From positions 7,512,721 to 7,576,720 of the forward strand of contig MU058423.1 in assembly GCA_013265495.1 (NCBI GenBank): DNA of 64,000 nt, in the 5' to 3' direction. The DNA is from Vicugna vicugna (taxonomy: Eukaryota). Every line of letters begins with the position of its first letter. The first letter of the stretch is position 1. Of this stretch, positions 53,316 to 64,000 are shown piece after piece. The position numbers and the translations under genes are program-made. The notes beneath the pieces are model-generated. The model searched no databases, was not told where the DNA came from, and worked only from the letters and a program-made list of their open reading frames with translations.

Positions 53316-56300
53316 TTACTAAAAGAGCTCCACCCTTAGAAAAACATTAAAAACACACTGCATCCAAATGCTCACTAAGACTACCCCATCTCCAAATCCA
53401 AAAAAGCAATAAAATACCTAAAATTAAGCTTTAAAAAATTTATCAAGTTAGTCCATGTCTTCTGTTATCATAAGCAACTTTTCCCTACCTGTTGTGGCAA
53501 TTTTCCTACTTTGCTGGATGGCCTCATGGAGCACTTCGGCAAACATCCATTTACCAGATGGTCATTCCAGCATCACCAAATCTTGACCACTTGGTTCTTA
53601 CATCCTGATTGTTATTTTCTTTTCTTTCAGTATAGTTGGCCAAGTTTTGTTTACCTATGATGGAGTTCTCATGAACATCTTTATGGATTTATCTTTCTAC
53701 TCTGCAAGAGGACTTAGGTAAGATTAAATCAAAGGGGCCTGTTTAGCATAATAATCTGCTAAATCATTTCCCTTAACATTTATACAATCTCTTCTGTGGT
53801 CTTATAGCTTCATAAGAGCAATGTCTTTGGATAGTCACTTGAGTTGATTTAGCTTCTCATAAGAGATTCACTCTACAGAAGAATATGAAATATTTATTAA
53901 TGGCATTACCATTTTCATTCTTAATATAAACCCAGCAATTAACACTTGTAAAGCAGGATTTGGTGCTAAGTGTCTAAAAGATTTATTTTAAGCATGGATA
54001 TTTCTTAAACTATAAAGCCATGATTATGAGATTTTCCTTCACGGGTAGGAGAAGTGAGCTGTTGCACTGAAAGTATTTCATCAATAGATGGCAATATGAA
54101 AGGAGAAAGTAACAAATGTTTATAATTATTTAATTATCCACTTGAAAAACCATATGTGTTTTTACTTACACTACAGATTGGACTATATGTGTTAATTTTA
54201 GAGTCAATGGAAGTTCTAGTATGAGTTTGGAAGATAGTCTGACTAATTTTAGGAAAATTTCATGCAACATGATTTCCAATTTCCTGAGAAAAACCATGAA
54301 AAAGGAGGCTGTTCATTCAGGAGGCCAGAAAAGGAGTAGAGGGAATAGAAAAAGTATAAACTGGCTGGTAAAAGCAAAGCTGAGTCAAGAAAGGTATATC
54401 CAAAACAATGGTGTGCTTCTGACAGCTTCAAACATAAATTTGCAGTAAGCATTTTGTTTTGAGGCCTCACCGTTCCCACTTAAAAAGTTGATTATTAATA
54501 TTTGAACACTCTTATTGAACTTCTAGTTTTCCTCTAAATGTATTAATTTATTCATTTTAACTTACCCAGAGTTCCTCATATGGCTAATGTTAGGATAAGT
54601 TTACATCTAGAGTTATTTCCCAAAACAAGTTTAGAATTATAGTGAGACTTCATACAAGAAGTGTGAGGTCTTCCAGGAGGAGGTAGCAGTTTTTAAACAG
54701 ACAGACCCATGACAAACAGGAAAAAGGTACCAAAAGGTCTCAAGTCAGTCAAAAGTATGTGTTTAAAAATGGTGTCTTGGGGTCCCTGACCACTCAGAAA
54801 ACAGGAAGGGGCTCTAGGTTCATTGGCTGGACCATTCTTGACCCTCAAACCTGAACAAAACAAAGTGAATTTATCTAATGAATTAAATAGGCAAGGTGTT
54901 TTCACCAAGGTTCAAAGCAAAGTTTGACCAATCTCTTTTTACTGTCATTCATCAGTCCAAAAAGATATCCATTATGAGTCTTCAGCCCCGCTTACATTGA
55001 CCAGGAAGCTTTTGAGGTCTATGTCTTCATTCATGCTCTATGAAGACCCTCCTTTAACATTAACCAGATATAAGAAAATCCAAGATTAAATAAAAAACCT
55101 TTCAGATAAGGTGGTGTACAAACAGATGAATCAAACAAAAGCAAAAGTAGCAACAGAAAAATAATTAAATTAAAGGTAAAGATATTTACAAATGGTTTGC
55201 CTCAATTGCATAATTCTTCCTTCAGAGCTAGCAAGAATATAGTTTGCCTTACGGAAAGTCCACATATTCACTCTTTTTGAGCTGTCATTTATTTTACATA
55301 AATTGACCCTGGGGAGCAGCTGCAGAAGTGACTGTCACCTACTATCCCTGTTTAATTTCAGTGCAATGAGCATCAGTATATTCTACATTATTTATCTTTC
55401 TAGTTCAACATTCCCTACTTTACAACCTTATGATATTCAACAGGGCTGCGAGACATTCCCACGGTTATCCATGCCCCTAATCCTGCTGTTCCATGGGAAA
55501 AAAAAAAAGAATGAATAATTGGATGAATGAATAAAAAAATCATGAATAAATAAATAACCACTGTTCAGTTCCTTTAAGGTTACGCTGCCTATTTTCTACA
55601 ACTATTATTTGCCATCCAAAATCTGCAGAGATAGATTTAAACTTTATCCCTCTCTCAGTTTGGCCCAATTTTCAATTTATTTGCAGTATCTTTTTAAATT
55701 ATCCAAGTGACTGGGGATCATGACTGTCTCCTAACTTGATTAAAAATTTTTATTCTTGTCAATTGTTCCATTCTTTCTGTCACATTTTTGATAGTTTCAG
55801 AGAAAATAATTGCAGAAAAAAATATTTACTTTATCATCTTTTACTTTATCATCTTAATGGAAAATTCTCTACATTTTTATTTACTAACTGTAAAAAATAA
55901 AATTTATTTATCCTTGTACAAATTGTGGTGTAAAGCCACAGTTCATTTCATGCACTTATACTAGCTAAAAACTACTCAAAACACATTTTTTTCTTATACT
56001 GTTGATTTTTCACTTAATTTACAAAACATTATTTTATCTAAAGTATTTAACATAGACAGTATACATTTAGAAACATAAAAGAAACATATAAAATAGGATC
56101 TACTTTCACTGTCTTTTGAGGCTTTCCACAATATACTCTTATGTAGATTAAATAATGCCACTCACTTTATGTTACAAAAATGCTTAAAAGATCTTATCAG
56201 GAAGTTTTCTTATGGTACAAATTGTATTGTTTCAAAGGAAAGTCCATTGCAAACGTTAAGAATAAAACTAAATATGAATCAAAAGATTTAAAATATATCT

Positions 56301-56907
56301 CAATCAAGTTTTAAAGGGAATAAAAACATGCTGTGCGTCATTTTAAGACACTCAGACTAATCTACTTATTTTGTAAATTGCAGTGGACCACATGCATAAG
56401 AATGAAAAGCAAGAGCTTGTAATGTCAAAAAATTGGCATTAACTGGAGCCATGCTGTAAAGAATGCGTGACATATAACATTCAAAACATAGTTAAAATAA
56501 TTAATTAGAAAGAATATTTTTTAGAAACTACTTTTATATATGAAAGTCGAAACCCCCATCACAAAACAATCAGTGGTGATTTTACTGTCTTACAGAAGAA
56601 AAGGTTTTACGTCATTGAGAAAAATCTTGAAATGTGCTTGCTGCGGGGAAGACAGTTCACTGCAGAATTGTGGCCCATCTATAAGAAAAACAGGGCCATC
56701 TTTGAAGGGAGCAGTAGAGAAGTGTTGCTAGTGGAAAGCATAATTATAATAACTATATATATAATTATACAAATTAGAGGGCAATATATGAGATGAAATC
56801 AAGGAAATGTGGAAAGAATATTCTAGAGAATTTGATATGGAGCAAACAGAATACTAAACAATTTTAAAGGATGTCATAAAATATCAATCAGAAAACAATC
56901 CTTGTTT

Positions 56908-57072
56908 GGGGAGGATATAGCTCAAGTGGTAGAGTGCATGACTAGCATGCACAAGGTTCTGGGTTCAATCCCTAGTACTTCCTCTAGAAAGAAATAAACG
57001 TAATTACCTCCCCCCTCAAAAAAAAAAAAAAAGTAATTACCCCCCCCCTCAAAAAAAAAAAAAAAGAAAAAA
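56908..57072 (+). mobile_element. Camelid tRNA-derived SINE (vic-1 type) with duplicated tail
   Basis: ggggaggatatagctcaagtggtagag (A box), gggttcaatccc (B box), then two taattac-C-rich-A15 units. Confidence 0.95.
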
Positions 57073-60000
57073 TGAAAGGAATCTTTTGTCTTTAGGTAGA
57101 ACATAATTGTGTTAATTAAAGCACCCTATGAAACCAATAATAATTGTAGTTAGGTACAGGTAATATAAACATTTGAACTGCAATATGCTTTTTTCAAGTT
57201 AAAAGTTAAATAATAATATAAAAGAAAAAAAACTGAAATATATGGAAAAAGGCAGTGACTTATAGAATATAAGATGCTGAAGCTAGAATTTCTCTTAAAG
57301 GTGAAATTTAATACAATTCATATCCACATCCTACATTACTAGGTATCTGTATAGATACACGTATAAGATGTCTGAAGTCATTATTATATTTTATTTACAT
57401 GTTAGACAGATACCCAGAATCTGTGGTGACACCTAGGAAACTAATGGTCATACAGCAAGAAAACAAAGTTTGAGTAAGAGGTGCTCAGCAAACCTGGCCA
57501 AGCACCTGGTAAATGAGGATGAGTTTCAGAGTATGGGGTTCAAGTGGCAGGTAATAGACAGCAGGAAAGTAAGTCCTTTAGAAGCAAATCCATTTATTAG
57601 AAAGGAAGGTTTGCATACTGTGATCCTGACTGTAAAAGATGTGACCTTCAGGTCAAGCCCTTGGTCTTTAAAAATGAGGACAGACTAAATGATCAGAACA
57701 AATCTTTAAATATTCTTTCCTTTACAGCAGTAAAACAACTGAGAAATAGAGGGATGAAGTGAGTGGCAAACTTTAAATACACTAAACATTTATTTTAGTG
57801 TCAGAGAGCTGATTTTAACGCTTTTATCTATGACTGAAGTTCATATGAATAGAAAAGTTATAATTTATGTCAAATAGTTACTGATTTTTAGTGTCTCCAG
57901 AAAAAATATTTTAGTATTTCAAGGTCTGATAATTTAAGATTGGTCAGAAAAGTGAATTTCAGAATGAGAAACCAAAGAAAAAGTAAAATTAGATAAGCTG
58001 AGGAAATTAGAAAGATTTGCTATTATGTTATTATTTTATTTTATTATGTAATAAAAGTGTCTAATTAAAGGGTTTAAGATCAATATTGGGCCAAAAGTAT
58101 CCAAGTACATGTTCCAACATTTTTAATTAAATACTCAGTTAAGTTTTGACCTTAAAGCAGTAGTTACATTAAAAATGTATTCACTTTAAGATTATAAAAT
58201 AGCATATTGATTTTTTTTACAAAAAGTTATATAATTAATTCCAACTAATTGTAATTGGTGACATCAAATTGGCCATTCCAATTTTACCTGCAATTCTGAG
58301 GGTTACTTTACTATATTACAGTTGTCTTTTTATATTATCCTAGTCTTTTAAAATACTTTCATAAATAGCTTATACAGAGAGTGTCATTGTCGGAATATTA
58401 AAATTTTATGTTTCATCCCTAAAACTTTCTTCTTCATTTTATTCTGAAGCTATTTTAAAATATATTATTATAAATTACCACAGACTTCTTGCTGCAGATA
58501 TGTGATGGTTGTTACATATCATATCTGTTTGGCCATCCTTCTGTTGGGTGTTCATAACTCCATAGAGTTTAATTAAACTTTTTTTTGCATCCATAAGACA
58601 AATATATAAACCATATAGGAACATTTTCTCACACAAATTTTCTAAATTATCAATTACAGTTGAAAATATCATAAAATAATTTATTGAATAATTCAGCAAA
58701 CACGTAAGAACTTAAATGTAGTCATTTGCATTCACTATTCTGTTTCTCTAGGATTAGAAGGCAGTTCTAATTACATAATTAATTAAGTCACATTGAAAAG
58801 TGCAGAAATATGCCCATGCTAACAATCTGAGAACCTCTACCTGTATGTGACCTGTTTTGAAATTCTATGTACTTACGACTCTTGTATTCATTTAATGCTT
58901 TTTTTTCTTTTTCCTTTTTTTGCCTATCTGAAGTCTCAAATAGTTTCAAGAGTCTGGTCAACATATTATTTCACAGTGTCTTAATTTGAGGTTGATTTTT
59001 TCTAAGAGTATTTTTAATTTTATATTAAATGGAAAAGGCTCACATAGTTATGTATATTCTTTTACTTACTGTACCTAAATGTGATAATTATTATCATACT
59101 TTCTAGTGCTTTCCATTCATATGTGTTTCCTTTTATGCACTTACATCATTTTAGAGATCACAAAAAAACCCAGCCATTTCTATTGTAAGTCTACATTCAA
59201 GATGCTTTTGAGGAAACACACAGGAACTGACTAAAACCTGAAAAACTGTTTTTGAAGCCATGACTGAGAGCGTCATGTGCTGTCTCGATGTGATATGCAA
59301 CTTTCTTTGTCACAGAGTTTGTAGAATTTGGAATTATCCCCTCTTTAGTAGTCATCTACAGTACATATTAGATTCTTAAATATGTGATATACACAAGTGC
59401 CTTTGAACTAGATACTCTGTTTCATCAGAATTCTTCTTCATGATTGTGGCCTCCTACATACACTGATCTCCAGTCATAAACCTTTTTGAAACGAAATCCT
59501 TTCAAAATAATTTTTTTCAAAAAAGTTAATTTTAATTTTAGACTGTAAATCAAAGAAAATAAATAGGAAGAGTTTCATTTTTGAGGCAGTATTAGTGGTT
59601 AAAGGAAATAAACACGATTTTTCAATCAATTTAGTGCAATCTTAAATTCTAACCAATTTGAATTTTCTCCTAGTTTAAGTGTGATGCCTTTTAACCTACA
59701 GCAAAATCATCCAGCATTATTGACAGTAATTGGCTATTTGACTATCAATGCCATATGTTGTGGAAATACTACAAATAAACGTGGAGCTCAGAATACGCTA
59801 TCTACCATCATCATGATTCCTGTTGTTAGCAGTGCTCCGAGGAGACATGCAGCCCCATAAAAGCCCCAGCTCATATCAAGCAGTGCTAATAAGAATGGAG
59901 TAAAGGATACTTGGCGGTCCTAACTTGTTCTAATTTTCTTTACTTCTGGCACCAAGTAAAGCTTAGATACGGATTACACAGAGCAAGAGGCAAAGGAAAA

Positions 60001-60389
60001 GATGAGCTCTCACATGGTATTTGGTAATGAACTTTGGTTCTTTCGAGTGCAGTTTTCTTTTCTATCCTTAGTTGGGCACAGCCTGGTTTTCAGATGATCA
60101 TTTTATACAACAAATAAACAATTCTCCAATGAAAGCCTAAAGAGACGACCCTCCCAAGCTAAGCAGCACAGTGTAATTGGAGAGTGTGATTGAAAATTTA
60201 TTCTCAAATTTATCTTCACATAAAAAACACCGTAACAATGTCTTTCTCACACATATTTAAACAGGGCTAGCACTGCACTCTCCTCCTTCATCAGCAGCAA
60301 AAATCTTATTTTTAATCCGTGATTCTTAACCTGCCTCATTACCTCGATTATTAAGCCTTCAATTTAAGGTCCAAGGAATACGGCACCAT

Positions 60390-60612
60390 GTCCACAGGGT
60401 GGTAGATTCAGAAAATAATGTGTGTGTTTGTGTGTGTGTGTTTACATCTGTACAGATTGAGGGAGAAAAAATAAAGAGGGAAAGAGAAAACAAAAAGAAG
60501 TATGGCAAAATTTTAACTTTGGGGAAATGTGGTTGAAGGAAACACAGAATTCTTTGTACTACTCTAGCAACACTTCTCTGTCTCAAACTGTATCAAAATA
60601 AAAAGTTAAAAG
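60390..60612 (+). mobile_element. L1MC4-like 3' terminus
   Basis: tggcaaaattttaactttgggga..ttctttgtacta..caaaataaaaagttaaaa. Confidence 0.7.
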
Positions 60613-61419
60613 AAGAAAGCAAACATCTCAGTTTCTAAAATTCTAGACTCTGCTGAGCTGTCATTCAGGAAGACAAAAACAGACAAATTTTTGTGAAACT
60701 TAAAAAATATGAGAAATCTAAGCTCTATACAAGGAGAATATGTAAACCCATTTAGATTATGATTTTTCTTCCAGAGTTTACTCTACAGGGCACAATGGAA
60801 ATACGTATATGAATACCAGGATCTTCTCCTTTGCACAAAATATTTGCTAATCGTTGTTTCTTAATTCCATGAAGAATACCTTTAGGAGGCAGAATGCTAT
60901 TCTAATGCTCTGATCTATGAAATTCAGTAAGTAGTACTATAAATCTCTGACTCTGTAATGAAGAATAGAAAATGGATTCTTTTATTTTTCTCCTGGAGAA
61001 CAAAATATATTCCTTTTTGTCTATCATTTCCTTGCAATGCAAGCTTTGTAATTAGATTCATGTAATAGTAGGTATGGGAAATATATGTAACAAAGAAGTG
61101 AACATCAATTTACATTCCTACTGTATTATTGACAATATATCCAGGTATAATTTATGGATAAGTGACTGGGCAATGTAACCCATATACTCTCTTGCTTGAT
61201 TATATTTCAGCTGGATTTTGTTTTTCATTCTTGGTATAATACATAAACTTGTCATATAGTAGAACATCAGCGATCCTGCTGATAACAGAAAATCTAACAG
61301 ATTAGAAATGGATCCTCTAAGTCCTTGTATCTTTACAAGCATCCCAATAAAACCATGTAATTCTTTATCAAGCTTGACTATTCCATCATACAAACAAAAG
61401 TTTATGCTATTTATTTTTC

Positions 61420-62680
61420 CATTTACTCATTTGACAAACATTCGAGTGTCTCCTATGTGCTAATGATTCTTCTAGTCATCATGTTAGGTAGTTAGATAAG
61501 TGGGGGCACTGGGCAGCTAAAGTGGGGGAGAGGGAGGATGGTCCGGAAGATGGCGATACGCCTGCCTTCAGCATAAAGGGCTTTACCTCCTCTAAATGAG
61601 TGCCAGCAAGAAACCAGTTAGAACCCCATAGCCGCAATTGCGTGGTACTGATAAGGACCTAACCGGACGTGACCCAATGCTCGTTGTAATAAAATTAGCA
61701 TCGCAGTTCAGGACTCCTCCCCACAACCATGGATTTTTCTATGTGCATTATGGGCAAGGACATGCACAAAAGGGACAGACATGACTAAATAGTCCAAGGG
61801 CAAGAGCCATCAATCAATCAAGAGACCACCTCCACGCGAGTATAAGAGAAGGGGCAAAGACCACTGCTGTCTGCCCTTGGATCAGCTCGCCTCCCATTCT
61901 GGGACGTGTACTTTCCCTTTGCTAATAAAACCTTTAAAATCTTCCACTGCACAACACTTCTGTCTCCTGTCTGAATTCTCTTTGGGGTAAGACAAGAACT
62001 GAGGTCTTTTCCCTTCCCCTTTTGGGGTAACAATCAGGGACTTGGTAATTCATAAAACAGAAAAATAAAATAAAGTTCCTACCTTTTCCTAAGCTTACAT
62101 TTAAATAGAGGGAAAATAATAACAAATAGGTAACCAAATACAATATAGTGTATGTAAAATGATTAGTGTGACAGATTAAAAAATAAAGCTGCAAAGGGAA
62201 AAGAATGTATCCCTACATGTATATCCATATCTGTATCTATATCAATATATCACAAGGACAGGCTGCTATTTTAAATTGAGTGGGTAGGGAAGTCCTTTTT
62301 GATAAAGTGATAGTTCAGTATCAGTGAAGGAGTAATCCTTGCAGATAATTTGGAGAGACCTTGCCAGTGCAAAGGCCTCAACACACATAGGGAGAGCTTG
62401 GTCCTATCAGGGAACAAAGAGGGTGTAAGGAGAGGAGAGAGAGAAGAGAAGAATATTGCTGAGCTCTCAGAGGTATGGAGGGGCAAGATCATGTAGTCAT
62501 TTTAAGAACTTTGGTTTTAACTCAATGGAAAAGGAAGCCATTGGAAAGTTTTGAGCAAAGAAGTGACCTACTCGGCCTGTTGAGTGTAATTCATTTTGGA
62601 CATGGATGGAAGAGAGAAGACAATTTGAGAGGCTATGATTATAATGCAGGAGCCAGACAGCAGTGGACTGGATCAGCCAA
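61420..62680 (-). mobile_element. L2 3' fragment interrupted by an LTR
   Basis: catttactcatttgacaaacattcgagtgtctcctatgtgc; ccagtgcaaaggcc; gaagccattggaaagttttgagca. Confidence 0.75.
61482..62032 (+). mobile_element. Well-preserved ERV1-class solo LTR, 551 bp
   Basis: TGTTA...TAACA termini, perfect 4-bp TSD ATCA (61478-61481 / 62033-62036), TATAAGA 61841, AATAAA 61924, many retained CpGs. Confidence 0.92.
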
Positions 62681-62961
62681 ATGCCCACCAGCTATTGAAG
62701 ACAATGTTAGTAACATAAGCTCTGTTCAAGTTTCTCCATCTAGAAAATTAATGAATTAGATTTGATGATCTCTTAAGTTGTTTCAACCCTTAATACCACC
62801 CCATTAGCCTTTGAGTGCCCTGGAATGGAAGTTACAGCCAATTAGAGTGGAAAATAAGTTCAATAAGACAAGCAAAATATTATCATGCAGATCAAGATGC
62901 CCACACTACTCCTCTTTCAACATTTGTATTTGTATTTGCAGAGCAGCAGCGGAACTGACTG

Positions 62962-63461
62962 TGTATTTGTCACAGTCAACAGAAGACAGATGGCACATGC
63001 AAATTAGGATAATTTGAAGAGGATTATAAATAAGGAGACTAATCACTGAGGTGGGGATAGGGTGGAGGGTCCACAATGGAAAGTGCAGGAATCACAGCCA
63101 GAAGCCATGGAGCAAGCACCATCTGCAGAATCAAAAGAATGAGGAGGAGGCTTACTGGAATTGTAAGTGAAAAAGAATCCTGTAGAACAGCCTCATTAAA
63201 AGGAAGAATGACCCATTATGGAGAGAACTACAAGCCTAGGATTACTTCTCAAGGATAGAACTATCCTCGGGCAGTAAACATGCACTCACTCTTCCCTTAC
63301 TGTATTTTTCTCCCTCTAATTTCCAGTGTCTGAAAGGAGATGAGAGCCACAGGCCTCCAGAAACTAAGATAATCTATACGGGTTACCTCCCAAGGATAGA
63401 GAACAGGGGAGAGAAACGTAAAGAATAGCCCAGGAGGACCAACCGGAAAACACCTGGCATA
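62962..63461 (-). mobile_element. LTR33-like ERVL LTR
   Basis: acagatggcacatgcaaattaggataatttgaagag..aaggagacta at one end, ggaggaccaaccggaaaacacctggcata at the other. Confidence 0.68.
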
Positions 63462-64000
63462 CAAGGCAATGGTAATTGCTTTTGTTTATTCATTATTCAT
63501 GCAGTTATTACACATTTTTAATCATTAAAAAAAAGATTATTGAATATATCCAGTGTGCCAGTACTGGTAACAGATATTGGGTTTATGGTGACAATGTGAA
63601 GGGAGGAGAGGTTTTCTAATAATATAAAAGGCACAAAACCCCGAACTTGATTCTAGCCCATCCTGTGTCTCACAGTCAGTTGCACACGGTAGAGATAAAC
63701 AAGAAATTGTATACAATAGAGAGCTAGTCTAGTTTTAATTTCATTATGTTCTTCTAATGGGAGAGGAGTTTGGACCCTTCTGGAAATCTTATTTGAAAGT
63801 AAAAGAAGCATCAACCGAGATTTAGAATAGTTAGGTATGAGGAATCCTGGATAGGAGTCCATATCTTGGAAGCAGATGGCTACACTTGCACGTGACCACA
63901 GAGAGGCAGGGTATCACCAGTTATAGAGGAAGTAGTCATCCTGGGCCCAGTTCTGAGTATCACACCCAGGCTACTCAAACCCACAAGCTAATGGCTTTCT

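Noticed and set aside
56908..56985. tRNA gene
   Set aside because: The tRNA-like head runs into a SINE body and poly(A), with related copies elsewhere in the window.
63870..63970. Possible CR1/L3 fragment
   Set aside because: Similarity too short and degenerate to support by eye.
1..64000. Host-gene strand inferred from L1 orientation bias; CRISPR or other prokaryotic systems
   Set aside because: L1s occur on both strands in small numbers, so the bias is uninformative. The DNA is clearly mammalian, with no spacer arrays or operons.

Overview
This is AT-rich, CpG-poor mammalian genomic DNA, most likely camelid (alpaca, llama or camel), judged from three tRNA-derived vic-1-type SINEs and camelid-style L1 3' ends. 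I find no recognisable cellular protein-coding exon, RNA gene, CpG island or promoter, so it looks like a gene desert or the interior of a large intron. The supplied ORFs are short and fall in repeats or low-complexity DNA; the only protein-like ones are decayed L1 ORF2 pieces. The window holds layered transposon fossils: L2/MIR, ancient L1M, MaLR and LTR33, Tigger and hAT DNA elements, a 4.5-kb L1, ERV solo LTRs and young SINE/L1 insertions with target-site duplications (TSDs). The most notable points are mechanistic: a 28-nt L1 3' transduction, a twin-primed L1 that lost its 3' end, an L1 whose apparent 5' tip is fused to the inter-ORF region, a SINE with a doubled tail and a well-preserved solo LTR with promoter motifs. 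I see no convincing novel biological system. Repeat family names come from my recall of consensus sequences and need RepeatMasker/Dfam confirmation.
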